A DNA stretch of 64,000 nucleotides from the human T2T-CHM13v2.0 reference genome, Homo sapiens: NCBI RefSeq assembly GCF_009914755.1, contig NC_060928.1; one strand, given 5' to 3'. The notes under the pieces are model-generated. The model made no database searches. It worked only from the letters and a program-made list of their open reading frames with translations, and was not told the DNA's origin. A program made the translations under genes and the position numbers. Positions 1 to 15,639 of this stretch are shown piece by piece (within the stretch, counting starts at the first letter, position 1; each line of letters opens with the position of its first letter).

Positions 1-301
1 AATAGTTCTATAAAGTTTTAACACCCAGCTTTTAAGGAATTAAAGTTTTGATTGAGACATTGGATTTGAGAAGCTAAGAAGTAATCTTAATGAGTGAGAA
101 AAAGATAAGGTGTGTGGAAGGCATCCTTGTGTAGGATTGAGGAAGTAGCTACTGTAACTTGCTTCCATACAGGAAAATAAGAGGGGATATATTTTTATCT
201 GTCCATCTTTTCTTCCTATTTATCATCCTATAAGGGCCCTATAAAAGTTTTCTGTTAAAACTCAAAAATTTTTCTTCTTTAAAAATTTCTTATGTTAACA
301 G

Positions 302-421
302 AAATACGGCCAGCCTATTCAAATGAAGTACATGGAGCATGAAGAGAGACCAAAAGCCTTAAATGACTTGGGAAAAAAGATCCAACTTGTCATGAAAGTG
401 ATAGAAGCTTATAGAAACAAG
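302..421 (+). CDS. HSPA4L: HSPA4L third-from-last coding exon (probably exon 17)
   Basis: Bounded by ...aacag| and |gtattg. 120 nt, phase 0, encodes [40 protein letters not shown], recognisable as the HSP110-family C-terminal helical region. Confidence 0.95.
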
Positions 422-1019
422 GTATTGAATTCATAAAGCCAATTGGTGACGATGGCATGTGCATGGTACATAGAATGGGGCAAATCTAAAAGTTCTCAGC
501 TACAAAGCTATAGCAGTTGTATCTATCAAATTCCAGAGACTTTGTGTACCAAACTTAAAACTTTTTTTTTTATTGGAGAATTTCACTTAAGGATTCTGAT
601 ACATTTGAAATACAGTAAAGGTATGTAGCTTTCATCTTTTAGAATTTCCTGAAACTACATTATAAAATAACCCAGTGACCAAATCCATTGTTTTCTTCCT
701 AGAGATTTCATTTTTATGTTTTTCATATAGTGAAAAAGAGGACCTCTTTGACTTTTTTTAAATTATGGGCCTCTTTGAGACTGGACTCTGCTAGCCTTTA
801 TTTTGTTTCTTGGCTTATTTTTCTTTTAGTTGCTTTTTGTCCTCCAGTCCATTAGTCATCCATAATCTCCTGTACGCTTTATTCTTTTATGTACATATTC
901 AAATCTATATAACCTTAATCTTTCCACTGTCAAATATGTAGTTATACAGATGATACTTCCATTTAGATATAACCGTAAAATTTGAGAAAATTAAGCTTAT
1001 TGTTTTGTTTCCTCTAAAT

Positions 1020-1230
1020 CAGTAGTTATCAGACTTTTTTTAAGACAAACAATATTTTAGGCTTTGTAGTTTTTACTGTGTCTGTACAGCTATTCTTATC
1101 TGCCACTGTAGCACAAAAGTACCATAGACAATACACAAACTAATGGACATGGCTGTGTTCCCAAAAACTTTATTTAAAAAATCATAAGCAGTGGCTGGAT
1201 TTAGCCGATGGGACAAGTTTTTTAATCCCT
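1020..1230. mobile_element. MER58A-like hAT DNA transposon remnant
   Basis: Contains ...ctgccactgtagcacaaaag...catagacaatac...catggctgtgttccc-aaaactttattta...ggctggatttagcc, matching the recalled MER58 consensus. Confidence 0.75.
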
Positions 1231-1329
1231 ACTCTAAGTAAATATTCTCTGTAATCCCTAGTTTTTGTCATTGATGTTAAACATGCATTAGTAGGAAGAA
1301 GAGACCAGCACCAGAAATATTCAAGCATG

Positions 1330-1565
1330 TCAAAATAGCTTACATTTATTGTGCACATCATGAATTTTAAGTACTTTATGTGGATTATCTCACCAGGATA
1401 TATCCTATACAAAGTTAATGCTATTATCTTTATTTTACAATTAAGAAAACGGAAATACTTAAGCAACTTATTGAGGTTTACCCAAGTAGTTAATGATGGA
1501 ATCAACATTCAAACCTAACCAGTCTGACATCAATATACAAATTCCCAGCAACTATACTGCTTTCC
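1330..1565 (-). mobile_element. MIR remnant
   Basis: MIR core in reverse (attatc..tattttacaattaagaaaacggaa...ttaagcaactt...gaggttaccca...gtaatgatggaatcaacattcaaacc). Confidence 0.6.
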
Positions 1566-1899
1566 ACTACACAAAATTGAGAAGAATTACTTATTTTAGA
1601 AATAAGAGATTTTTTAGTTTTGTGAAACAAAAACTGCAGTCCAGAAAACCTAAAGGAAAAATTCAGATATTGATTGTAAATATGCCTGCTAATATCAGTG
1701 TTCAAATTGTTCTTATAGGCACAGATAGAATGTTGTAAGGATAATGAAAAAGTAAGAAGGAAGAAACAACCCAATGAAAACACCAAGAATATTTTAAATC
1801 TGGTATAATTACTAGTGTCACAGTGCTCCCCAGGCTTTAGCTATCTTCTTCAATATGCACATTTAAGATATTATCCCACACAAGGCAAGACTTCACTTT

Positions 1900-2900
1900 T
1901 GCTCAAACATTTGAGTTTTTATTATGTGCTAGGCTATTTTCTAGATGACTGAACTATATTGTCAAACAAAACATTGAACTTGTTTTTAATATGCTTCAAT
2001 AGTGAAAGGTGGACAATAAATTACTGTAAGTTATGTCAGATAGTAATAAAAAGCTGCAGAAAAAGTAAAGGACTGCCAGGGTTGGAAGAGGTTTGTCAGA
2101 AAGGTGTACTAATAAGGTGATACACATGTTAGGAGAGAAATGAAGAAGTGAAAACTCAAAGATGTGTGATAACTGGAAGAGAAATGCTCTAGACAAAGAA
2201 TAGCAGTTGCAAAACACCAAGGGGAGAACATGTTAGAGGAACAGCAAGGTCACTGTGGTTGAAAATAGGGGTAAGTGTAGCAGTTGAGAGATCATAAATG
2301 GGTCTAGTTGGCCCTTGTAAAAGTTTGGGTTTTACTCTGAGATAGGAAGCTGTTGGAGGTTTTTGAGCACAGGAGTAATAACATTTGGCTTTTTTTTTTA
2401 AGGATCTGGAGGCAGAGAGATGGAATAAGACATTATTAGAATAATACAGCAAGAAATGATGGAGGCTTGAACCCAGATGGTAGGGTTGGGGAGCCAAGAA
2501 TTGGTTAGATTTTTGCATTTATTTTGAAGGTAGACGCTTTTAAGATTTCCTGATAGATTTGATGTAAATCTATCACAAAGAAGCTGAAAATTACTCCAAG
2601 GATTTTGACCCGAAAGAATGAAGTTTCCATTTGCTGAGATGAGGAAAACTGGGAAGAGTAGGTGGGGACATAATCAGGTGTTTGAAACATAAGCATTTCA
2701 AACTTTACAAATAGAAACTCAAAGTTGGATATAGAGTTGAGAGTTAAGGGAAGAGGTTCAGGCTAGAGATTTTTTTTTTTTTAAAGCATATGGGTAGAGA
2801 GATGAATGAGGATGAACTGGCAAAAGAAACTTAAAAAGTGATCCATGACATAGGAAGAAATTCAAGAAAATGTGGCGACCTAGAAACTGAGTCAGATGAT
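1900..2900 (-). mobile_element. L2 remnant
   Basis: Typical reverse L2 motifs (tttgggttttactctgagatagga, atttattttgaaggtag, ttactccaagg-ttttgacc). Confidence 0.7.
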
Positions 2901-3634
2901 TGATGCATAATTTGTAATAAAAGCAGAAGGAGGATTTGGGTATCCGAGGAAGCTTTATGGGTTTTCCATTTGTTTGTTTGGGGTTTTTTTTCTTCATATA
3001 TATAGCTTTATGGTTTTAAAAATGGCATCACCATCCTCCCACTTCTTTGACTTTGGAGTGTTCTTACATTCTCTTTCCCTTTATCTTCTGTGTCCAAACT
3101 AATCCATCAGGAGATTCTCTTTCTATATGTTCATTGCCATTTCTTTGTGATTCTGTCACTACTAATCTAAACCATGACTACTTGGTTGTGTATTACATGT
3201 GACAGCTGCAGTTTCTCTTCTTCAGAAAGAATTTTGTCATTTTTCTAATCAAGAATTTAATATGCTTTTCTGTTATATATTCATAATTTTGTGTCTAGTT
3301 TGCTATATGCCTTGTTCACCTTATTTCTCCTTTACAAATTCCATTTCCTTGCAACTTCTTCCTTGGCTAAGTGCTTTCTCCATGAGTATTCCTTAGTAGT
3401 CATTCTTTCCCAAACCTGATTTCTTCAGAGAGCCTTTCCTTTTTAAACTCACACTGATCTTATCTTTTATCCCATTCTCTTCAGTTCTGTGTTATTCGTA
3501 TGGGGTTTCTTCAGATGAGTACATTTGAGATATACAGTCAATAAGAGTCTAAATTTTTAAAGTAGAAATTACTAATAAACTGGTGCTAGCTGAAAAATCA
3601 TTAACATGCAGTCAAGCTTTTTTTTTTTAAATAG

Positions 3635-3796
3635 GATGAAAGATATGATCATCTGGATCCTACTGAAATGGAAAAGGTTGAAAAATGTATCAGTGATGCC
3701 ATGAGTTGGCTGAATAGTAAGATGAATGCACAGAACAAACTAAGTCTCACTCAAGATCCTGTGGTAAAAGTTTCAGAAATAGTAGCAAAGTCAAAG
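3635..3796 (+). CDS. HSPA4L: HSPA4L penultimate coding exon (probably exon 18)
   Basis: Poly-T...aaatag| acceptor and |gtaaga donor. 162 nt encoding [54 protein letters not shown], in frame with both neighbours. Confidence 0.96.
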
Positions 3797-4214
3797 GTAA
3801 GAAGTTTATGAAATTGCCTTTTTAATGGTTTCAAGTATTAAAATTTTTAATGAGAGTCATACTTTGGCAAATAATCAACTTGCAGAAGAACTTAGAACAG
3901 AAATTTAAGACTAATTTTTTATTTAGTTAAAAAATTTTAAGATTTTAGGTATGGGGTATCCCTTGATTTAATTTTTCATATACCAGGCTGGTTTTTAAAC
4001 TTCAAGAGTAATACAGAATGAAATAAAAGCAATGTGACAACTTTCTGATTAAGTATTTCAGACTTATAGGTTGGATGAAACCTCTAAGTCTTCATTACAA
4101 AATTTTTCAGTATAAGTCTGTCTTTGACCTAGTTTGAAGCGTATAAACTTCCATGGTAAAATCTTATTCCGAGATAAACTTTTCAATTTAAAAAACACTG
4201 CTAATGAAAATGTT

Positions 4215-4520
4215 GGCCAGGCGTGGTGGCTCACGTCTGTAATCCCAGCACTTTGGGGGGGTTGAGACAGGCGGACTGCTTGAACCCAGGAGTTCGAGAC
4301 CAGCATAAACAACATGGTGAAACCCCATCTCTACAAAAAATACAAAAATTAGCTGGGCGTGGTAGTGCATATCTGTAGTCCCAGCTACTCAGGAGGCTGA
4401 GGCAGGAGGCTCCCTTGAGCCCAGGAATTTGAGGCAGTAGTGAGCTACAGTCATGCCACTGCACGCCAGCTGGGTGACAGAGCAAGACCTTGTCTATTAA
4501 AAAAAAAAAAAAAAAAAAAA
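4215..4520 (+). mobile_element. Alu (HSPA4L last intron)
   Basis: Dimeric Alu, GGCCAGGCGTGG start, poly(A) tail. Confidence 0.95.
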
Positions 4521-5679
4521 GGAAGCAATCTAAATATCTGTCAATAGGAAACTAGATCAATAAGTTGATGCATCCATACAACACTATGCAGCCATTAAAT
4601 ATAGCATTTTACATATAGAGATATCTGTTTAAAGATGTATACAGTGTATTGGTAAGTTAAATTACAGAACCTAAATGTATTCATTTGTACAAATACGTGT
4701 GCTCATAGATTTGTTTATATGTATGTGTATGCCTGAACATACATCTAGAAGGATATCCACCAAAAGGTTAATATTATTAATTTGTAGGAGATGGAATTTC
4801 AGGGGATTTTTAAAATAACATTCAGTATGTTTTGGGATATGTGATTTTTTTTCTTTTTTTTTAACAAAAGCTGGTATTTTTTATAATGAAGTAAGTAATA
4901 ACAATATTTTTATTCTAACAAAGTTTTGCCAATAAGCTATAATATATATTTTACTCCTAATGAGATGAGATGAGATGTGGAGTGTGACAAGAGCAGTTTG
5001 CAACTAAAACATTCCCCTTAAGATGTTAATCCCTATATTTCCGTGGCTACCCCGATCTTTGTGACATTGATCTTCAAAGGTTTTTAAATTTGAGTAGTGT
5101 TTGTATAGTGGTCTTCTATTTGTTTGTAAAAAGCAAGGAAATTGAAGAGCATTGTTTCATTTAAATTATTAAGTTCCAATTTACTTTCACGGCACTTTTT
5201 CCTTCAGGAGAGGCTACTCAGCTATTTTCAAACAAAAAAAAATGTCGTTTGTGTATGTATTTGTATGATTCCATTTATTAGAATTGTTTTCATATAAATG
5301 TTGAAAATTTTCAGTTTATGAAATAGGTGTTATTTGATGTAATTCTCATAGCAAAGCATTACACGTAATTTAAAGGAAGAATTAAAAATTATTCCTGCCA
5401 AAGTAAACTGTATTTGATTATAAAGAAACAAGTTTTAGAAAGGTTAAGTACAAAAAATAATTGTTTAAGATTCAATAATTTTTGACTGCCACAGACATAT
5501 ACTAACAAACAAGGTAAATCTCTCATGAGGCATTTGAAGAAAACAGTTGGCTATCTAGCTGAGCAAATTCAGAAAGGGGGAATTATGTGAAAATTTAGAA
5601 AGTTAATGTGGAATTTAGAAAGTTAATGGTAACTTGTTCTGTAATCGTTTTAATATAATCAATTTCTTCATGTCTTTAG

Positions 5680-5871
5680 GAACTGGATAATTTCTGTAAC
5701 CCCATCATTTACAAGCCCAAACCAAAAGCAGAAGTTCCTGAAGACAAACCAAAAGCTAATAGTGAACACAATGGCCCAATGGATGGACAGAGTGGAACTG
5801 AAACTAAATCAGATTCAACAAAAGACAGCTCACAGCATACTAAATCCTCTGGAGAGATGGAAGTGGACTAA
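5680..5871 (+). CDS. HSPA4L: HSPA4L last coding exon (coding part)
   Basis: tctttag| acceptor. Encodes [25 protein letters not shown]...KSSGEMEVD, with TAA at 5869-5871. Confidence 0.96.
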   Translation, partial: ELDNFCNPIIYKPKPKAEVPEDKPKANSEHNGPMDGQSGTETKSDSTKDSSQHTKSSGEMEVD

Positions 5872-6905
5872 GTCTTAATTTTACCTTCACATTAATTCAA
5901 ACCGTGCAAGTAACCACGGGGTCCATCTTTTACATCTGGTACACACAACAGACGCTCAGTTGTTCTTAACCACTTTTGTCATTTGTTTTTTGGAGTAGTT
6001 TTGAAAAGTGTTTTATATTGAGTGCACTTCTGTTCATTTCCATTGCTGCTTATATGCAGTGTTAGCCGAATTAGATTTACAAGACAATCTAAGCTTTCCG
6101 GATAATTTTATATATCAAACATACAGGATGGATACATAGTTGGCAACAGTCTACCTTATTTAAAGCTTCTACTGGGATAAACCTCAATTCCTTTATTCAG
6201 GAAAGGATACTTTATTGCATTATTGTTGCAGAAGCATAGATTTAATTGCATCTTTATTTTGAAAAACAAATGAAAATTGATGGGGTTTAAAGCTACAGAG
6301 GCACTGACCTTTTTCTAGTTATTGTATTGCTACAATTTAAATATTAAAACAAATAAGAGCTTTCTCAACAAATTAGTCCATCTCATTGATGTACCACAGA
6401 AATCCAAAGCTTTGCTGTCATCACATAAATGAATTAAATCACATGTGAAAGGGAACACACCCAATTTTATGTTAAGGTGAAACCAGCAGTTTGCTTCTTT
6501 TATTAGTAATGTGGATTGATGTTTTCTCAGAGTAACTCGTTGTCTTTTCGCTTGAAATTTTTGATCTTGTCCTGAAGACTAGCTGCTGCTAAAACAATGC
6601 TAGCCTAAAGATACAGGAGTCTCTGACAAAATGACTTTCATGTTAAGGGGAAATGCTGTTTATCTACTCAGACATGCATCTGTGATGTTCATAGCCTTGT
6701 TTCAGTTATAATAGTTGTCTTGTTTTTTTCTTAATTGATTTTGTTAATAATACCTTAACACAGGGTAGGAAGAAGTGGCACAGTGTATTGCATTATATAC
6801 ATTTATCATTGATTTACCTAATGTTACCTTGTAGATTAAACACTATTAAGTGGTAATACTTGAAAAGGAGCACTTATACCATAAGTCTTAGGAAATAATG
6901 TTTGT

Positions 6906-6911
6906 AATAAA
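6906..6911 (+). terminator. Candidate proximal poly(A) signal of HSPA4L
   Basis: AATAAA preceded by TGTA and followed ~45 nt later by GT-rich sequence (agtgttgtgtg). Confidence 0.55.
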
Positions 6912-8268
6912 CTTAACTATGTTACATATCAACAGGCAAAAATATAGAATGTTACATAGTGTTGTGTGATTAAATTATAGTTCCTGCTGTTAACATTACC
7001 TTTTGAAACCTTGGCTCCAGTTTTGGTGCTTCTTATACAAATTAAATGCGAAAAGGGACTGTAAACTTAAGATGTATTTTAAGGACTTTATCTGTGCTTC
7101 ATCACCCAACTTGTTCACATTGTTAATTTCTGTCCAGAGACCTGAAACTGCTTAAGTATGGGAACAGACTGAAATGGTGTTTCAACCTGCAAGAGACAGA
7201 AGCATAGACAAGTATATGAGCCCTTATGTCCTTAATGCCAATCAACTAGATTGACCTAGGTTAAAATTTCAAAAGGCTCATTTTCTCCCAAAGCTAAATC
7301 TTTATATTAGGAACAATTAAATATTGACTTAAGTTGTAAAAATTGAGAGTACAATATCTTTAGGGATAGTCATTATTTCTCACAACTAGTTCTCTACGAG
7401 AGATTTTGTTTCTACAATGTAGTCAGCACTTAATGGAGAGTATGGAGTAGTGCATTTTGCAGGGATTTTTATTCCGTCTTTTGAGGGGAAGAATCTCTTT
7501 TTTGCATTAAAAAATCATATAAACTTAATATATTTTTAAACTCTCCTAGTCTTTAAACTTTCTCTTAATTCTCTTAAAATGAAATAGGTATATCCAATAG
7601 GTGATGAAATACATTTTTTACAAACATAGATGCTTTTTATTTGTATGTTGAATGTACAGATTCATTTCAAGAAAAGCATGAAGATAATGAAAGCAAATAT
7701 GTAACAATACAAGTAGGGACTTTAGAGCTTCTATTTGGGTTAAAACATCCACTCACTTGGTTAGGAGCTATGCCTCAGAAACTTCCTGGGAGTAAATATG
7801 GGAACAACTTTTCTATTAATACATCTAAATTTTCTAGTATATCCTGACATTTTCCATTCCTGCTCTGAAGTCACTTTTAGTTTTGTGTTTTAGTCAGATA
7901 GTACCACTAATTTTTGTAATTATATAACACTTCATTTAATAACTTATATACATCCAAATATATATACTTTTTCTACCCAATTATTCAACTTAAAAGATTT
8001 CAAAAACGATTTAGCCTTATAATGTATTTATTTATTTAATTCATTAATGAAAGAGAGTGCTCTCTTTAATGCAGCTTTGGGTAGACAGTCTAATTCAGTC
8101 CAATTTTAATCTGCATTAAAATATGCAATGCTAGACAAAGATTTTCAAAATAAAAAGCTATTATTTCAGAAATTATTTTAAAAGATGCATAGTAAAACAG
8201 TGTTTTCCTATGGTAAGCAAATAAGAATGAAGTTTGTAGGGAATATTTGGAATGATTAATATAAATTA

Positions 8269-8715
<447 letters not shown>

Positions 8716-8758
8716 TTCTTCCAAAAAACTAGAAAGAGCACAGCAAAGAATTTGGCTA

Positions 8759-9085
<327 letters not shown>

Positions 9086-9091
9086 AAAAGG

Positions 9092-9405
<314 letters not shown>

Positions 9406-9413
9406 TTACTAAG

Positions 9414-9549
9414 AAGAGCTAAAGGAAAGAATTAAAGGTTTCTTATGCTTTTTTGGGGGGGGGTGTCAATTTTTAGTATATTAAGAGCTAAAAGAAGTAA
9501 AGGTTTCTTAGACTTTTTTTGGGAGGGAGGCGTCAATTTTTAGTATATT
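9414..9549. repeat. Diverged tandem duplication, 2 x ~68 bp
   Basis: aagagctaaa...taaaggtttctta...ttttttggg...gtcaatttttagtatatt occurs at 9414-9482 and 9483-9549. Confidence 0.9.
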
Positions 9550-9939
9550 TGTGATTAATTCCATGATAGAAGTCTTTAAAGAGAATTTTGGGGCTCAATA
9601 ATTTAACATAATGTCAGTGTTAAAGCACTTAATCCAAATTAGCCCATCTTTAACTGTTTTGAAAAATCTATATTTATTAAAGGTAGTAGACATTTGAATA
9701 TAGTAATCAAATTAACTGATTTTGTTTTCACCCTAAATACATACAACCATTCCTCCACTTTCATAAATTTGACAAATAATAAGCCTCTCCCATTAGGATT
9801 TTCTGTTTTATAGTAAATAGTTGGTATTTGGTAGTCCACAATTAAAGTCATTGCATTAATTTTACAAATTATAGATTTAGAAATGATTCTTAAGTTATTG
9901 GTAAAATATAACTTTCTCAGTTTTTAAAAGTTTACAAAA

Positions 9940-10246
9940 TTTTTTTTTTTGTTTTGAGACAGAGTATGGCTTTGTTACCCAGGCTGGATTGCAATGGGGT
10001 GATCTAGGCTCACTGCAGCCTCCACCACCTGAGTTCAAGCGATTTTTCTGCCTCAACCTCTCCTGAGTAGCTGGGACTACAGGTGCATGACACCACACCC
10101 AGCTAATTTTTGTATTTTTATAGAGATGGAGTTTTGCCATGTTGGCCAGCCTGGTCTTGAACTCTTGAACTCCTGACCTCAGGTAATCCACCCACCTCAG
10201 ACTCCCAAAGTGCTGGGATTACAGGCGTGAGCCACCATACCCGGCC
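9940..10246 (-). mobile_element. AluS
   Basis: Poly-T followed by reverse-complement Alu ending ...cccggcc. Confidence 0.95.
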
Positions 10247-10799
10247 AAAAATTTTTGCTTTTAAAGTTAATGTTATTTTGTGGTTAAACTTCTAAAGTTT
10301 TGAACTGTAAGCAGAATTTTGTTTTGTGATATTTTATTGTATAAACTGTTAATGAGAGGCACAGCTAATTGTACATATCAATATACATTTAAAATCTGGT
10401 AACACTGGTTAAATAGCCCTTGATGACTTTTCATGTGGCATGAGAGGGATATGCTTATAAAGCTTAATTCTGATATTATCCTCTTACTACCTACAGTATG
10501 TTTTGCAAAAATCAGTCCACTTAGCAAACTAATCTTTGTAAAGCAGTCAGTTTCAGAAGATACTTTTTATCAAAAAAGATGGCAGGTTTAACATTATACC
10601 TTTTGGTTTTTGCCCAACATTTGATTTAATCTAAAGCAAGAATATAAAATAATTTTAAGAAGCATATAATTTCTTTTGATAAAAAGTAACAAAAATTTAA
10701 TGCAGATCAAAGACCAAGGCTTGTAACCAAAACAAGCAAAAAGAAACTTTAGCTGTTTAACTATCACCTCTCTAATTTAAAATGCATGAAAATTAATAC

Positions 10800-11099
10800 T
10801 TTGTTTTTGTTTTTTTTTTGGAAACAGTCTCACTCTGTCACCCAGGCTGGAGGGCACAATCTCTGCTCACTGCAACCTCCACCTCCTGGGCTCAAGCCTC
10901 AAGCAATTCTCCTGCCTCAGCCTCCCAAGTAGCTGGGATTACAGGAACCCACCACCACGCCCAGCTAATTTTTGTATTTTTAGTAGATGGGGTTTCATCA
11001 TGTTGGCCAGGCTGGTTTTGAACTCCTGACTTCAAATGATCCACCCACATCCACCTGCCAGAGTGCTGAGATTACAGGCGTGAGCCACCGCACCTGGCC
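10800..11099 (-). mobile_element. AluS
   Basis: Poly-T followed by reverse-complement Alu ending ...cctggcc. Confidence 0.95.
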
Positions 11100-12288
11100 A
11101 ATGTTCTTTTATATACTCATGTTTTCTAACAAAACAGCTTTGGATTTATAATGCTGCCAGATGTCATTACAATTTTTTTTCTAAATTCAAAGGTAATTAT
11201 TCTAAACAATAAAAGGGCACCTGGAATTTTCAGAACATTAAAAAACTGAAACCACTTAGAAGAAAAGAAGAAACCTAAATGTCTGTGGAAGTGATCAGTA
11301 TTAAGTGGGTGATGGCTCTTTCATCTTCCTTATCCCTAAAGATACTTCCAACATATTGTTAGAGTAAGTATTAAAAGAAAAAGTAGGTTTGCTGAAAAAC
11401 ATTACTAAATGACTTGGAGCTCTCCAGTCAAAGAAACAAAGCTAATTGAAATAATGTACATTTGGTTCAGTCTGTCAGGCAAGTACAAATCCATAACAAA
11501 AAAAATTAATAGTATGCTCTTTGCTTTGGAATCTCTAATTTACGGTCATGCCCTAAGTCACAGGATGATTATTAGGGAAATGTCATTGACACCTGAAAAT
11601 TACCTATCCTGTAAAAAGACTGGTGAAATTCAACATGTTTTAAATAATTTAATTGCATTATAGCATATAAACTATAAATGAAAATGATCTTTGTCTTTCC
11701 TTTATCTTGCTTTATCCTCTTATCCAATTCTAGACTCTTAAATAATCACTGTATTTTTCTCAAGTATTTGTTATTTTTTATTATCCTTTAGATCTTTTTG
11801 TTCATGGCTCTTTAAAAATAGTTTTACTGATAATCCAATCACTTGGATAGTTAATTTTATTACTTTTTGTTTCCTTTTTAATATTTATTCTTCCCGTTAA
11901 GGGTTTTTTGGCTATAAATTCGTACTTGATAAGCTATGTTATTTCTTTGTGTAATTTAATAGTAGCATTCTGGAGTAGATTCTTTTTTTGTATTCTGGCC
12001 TTGGAATACTTTAATTCCGGACCAAAAGAGGTCAATTTTGTGAGTATTGCCTATTAAGTAAACAACATCCCTCATTTTTAATCCAAATATCAATTTGACA
12101 GAATAACAAGGGTCAGAAATTCAAAATAGCTGTTAGACACCTTTGATTCTTTGCTGCTCTCTGGTTATGTATGTGTGTTGTGCATCTTCCTTGTTGTTTT
12201 AGAGTTTCCTAAATTTTTTGCTTCTGGGGACTTGAGTATTTTTAAATGTTCTTAAAATTATATGAATCTACCCAGAATGTAGATGTCA

Positions 12289-12775
<487 letters not shown>

Positions 12776-12965
12776 TTATGATTTAATGTCTTGGAAAAAG
12801 ACTCACATGAAAAGTGGCTTTTATATTTGGTAGGATAAAGCCATTGTCCTTTAATACCATAGCAAATAGAAGCAATTTTTAATGAGGTTACTGAATTGTT
12901 TAGTATTCCTAATATGGCATCCAGGTCATCTTTTCTTTTCTCCAACCATTATTAAAATAACTTGA

Positions 12966-13301
<336 letters not shown>

Positions 13302-13643
13302 CTACTTGTTAACAATTCCTCTTTTTAAGAGAGGTACTACATTTGATTTCTCAATTTCTCAGTTTGTTTTCAATACAAACAGCAACCACTGAAATGCAGA
13401 AAATGGTAATCAAGTGTGATGTTTCTATAAAAATAATTGAGATTCACATGTAATAGACCCTTTAGCTTTAATGAGCAGACATGAGAATGGTTTATGATCT
13501 TAAGTTGGTAACATAGGAATATGTATTTGTCAATTTTAGTTCACAAACATATCCATAAGAATGTTTACACATGGCAGTATCAAAGCATATAAAATATTTT
13601 CTATGTAAGTAAATTGCATCTTTATGCTAGTGAACAAAGTAGC

Positions 13644-13703
13644 AATAAATGTTCATTTTTGGATGGCAGTACACATTGTTAACAATCGTGTAATTATAAT
13701 AAA
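13644..13703 (+). terminator. Candidate distal poly(A) signals of HSPA4L
   Basis: Two AATAAA hexamers 54 nt apart at the end of a non-repetitive AT-rich block, with T-rich sequence downstream. Confidence 0.45.
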
Positions 13704-14716
13704 TATGTCTACCTACTCCTTGAACCATGAATTTTGCACACCTGAGGTTTAATTTTCACCTATTGAACTTTATTGATTTGATGATGGTCTGTGGACAGAT
13801 CATCAAGTTCATTTATAAAAATTTACTTGGCAATGAGGGTTTTTAAGTAACCTGGGAAATTTTTCAAACCTTCAGATACTATTGATTCTGAAAACTAAAA
13901 TAGTACTTTGCTAATGTTGGAAGTATTGTTGTTAGAGAACAACCCAGGAATAAATGAATTTTAAGACTTTAGAAATTCTCAACAGGCAAATGGACGCTTC
14001 CTGCCCCAGTGATTCTGATAATAGCTCCTCAGTTTTGAGAATTGCTGTTCCTAATAAAAATGTGTCAAATAGCTTAGCATGTTGGGAAAAGAAAATGGTT
14101 GAGGTCCCCGGTCTAGACTGGAGCATTTGGTGCTTAATAATTTTTTTGTGGTTGGACAACTTGGGAAATTTGAAGGATTTGGATCCTCAATCCAGAAAAG
14201 TGTTTATACGCCTATGCACTTTAAACAAATGCGAATAAAGTCTAGAAGGCTGAATAACTGGCAGTTCATTCCCATTTTGCTAACTCCTGAGTTTGGAAGA
14301 ATGAGATAGAGTTTTGCTTTAAATCAAAACCCTGTTCCTACTGATTAATGAGGTAAGAGTTGTAACCTTTCAGAGGTGATTGTCTGATTGTACCCAATAT
14401 TTTATCCACAAAATTTTACCATTTTAAAAGGTAAGGAAATAGGTTCAAGGGAGTTCAGACATCCTGCAATTGCTAGAAGGCAGTATGAAACCAGTTGTGT
14501 CCAGCTGTGGTGATAAAGCAGTATAAACCTGAAAGTATTTGTGTATTAGGCAAAAATCAGGTTAAATTTAGATAAATAAGGAAGAAACAACATGTAATAA
14601 AATGAACCCTGTTAAAGGCAACAGAGAAGCGAAGAAAAAAATCACAAAATAACAAATCCAAATATCTAAGTAGTTACAATAAGTACCATAAACTTGCAAG
14701 TTTAAAGACCACATGT

Positions 14717-14990
14717 GGGCCAGGCATGGGGTGCCGTGGCTTATGCCTGTAATCCCAGCACTTTGGTGGGGAGCGGGTGGCTCACGCCTGTAATCCCAGC
14801 ACTTTGGGAGGCCAAGGCGGACGGATAACAAGGTCAGGAGTTCAAGACCAGCCTGGCCAATATGGTAAAACCCCGTCTCTACTAAAAAATACAAAAAAAA
14901 AAATTAGCCAGGCGTGGTGGCGTGTACCTGTAGTCCCAGCTACTCGGGAAGCTGAGGCAGGAGAATCACAAAAAAAAAAAAAAAAAAAAG
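14717..14990 (+). mobile_element. Rearranged Alu (duplicated 5' segment, truncated right arm)
   Basis: gcctgtaatcccagcactttgg appears twice. The right arm stops at ggagaatcac and joins poly(A). Confidence 0.85.
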
Positions 14991-15275
14991 GTTACAGAGA
15001 CTTCTTAAACATAATGATGTAATAGTTACAAATAGATTGGAAAAGATATACTAAAAATCTATCAAAAGAGAAGTGACAATCAGATAAAATTGATTTTGCT
15101 TTGGAATTACCTTAAAATTGATTTTAAGGTAAAATAATAAAGGGAGTGTGGGAATAAAGAGTAAGCTTTTAACAATGATAAATGGAGCAATTCAGGATTA
15201 TAACAGCTCTGAAACAGCCTCAAAATATATGAAGCAATTCACAATGAGAAGCTGAAACCCATAAGAATAGTAATA

Positions 15276-15422
15276 GGCCATGTGCGGTGTCTCATGTCTG
15301 TAATCCCAGCACTTTGGGAGGCTGAAGCAGGCACATCATTTGAGCCCAGCAGTTTGAGACCAGCCTGGGCAACATGGTGAAACCCTGTCACAAAAAAATC
15401 TAAAAATTAGCCGGGCATGGTG
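15276..15422 (+). mobile_element. Alu left monomer/truncated Alu
   Basis: Left arm plus linker only. Confidence 0.85.
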
Positions 15423-15639
15423 AATACATATATAAAAGAATGGAGCAAAATTTAAAAGCTGGATCTAATGAAATTATATAATAAATTGTCACTGGACTAT
15501 TAGGTAAAACTTTTCCAAATACACATGGAATAACATATTCACAAAAATTCATTATAGTAGACCACAAAGCAAAACTTAATACTGAAGACCGTAATAGTTT
15601 TTCAGACAAGAGAAATCACCTTATAAGACAAGATTAGAA

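Noticed and set aside
13932-14309. Overlapping short ORFs downstream of HSPA4L
   Set aside because: No recognisable homology, exon structure or promoter, so likely chance ORFs.
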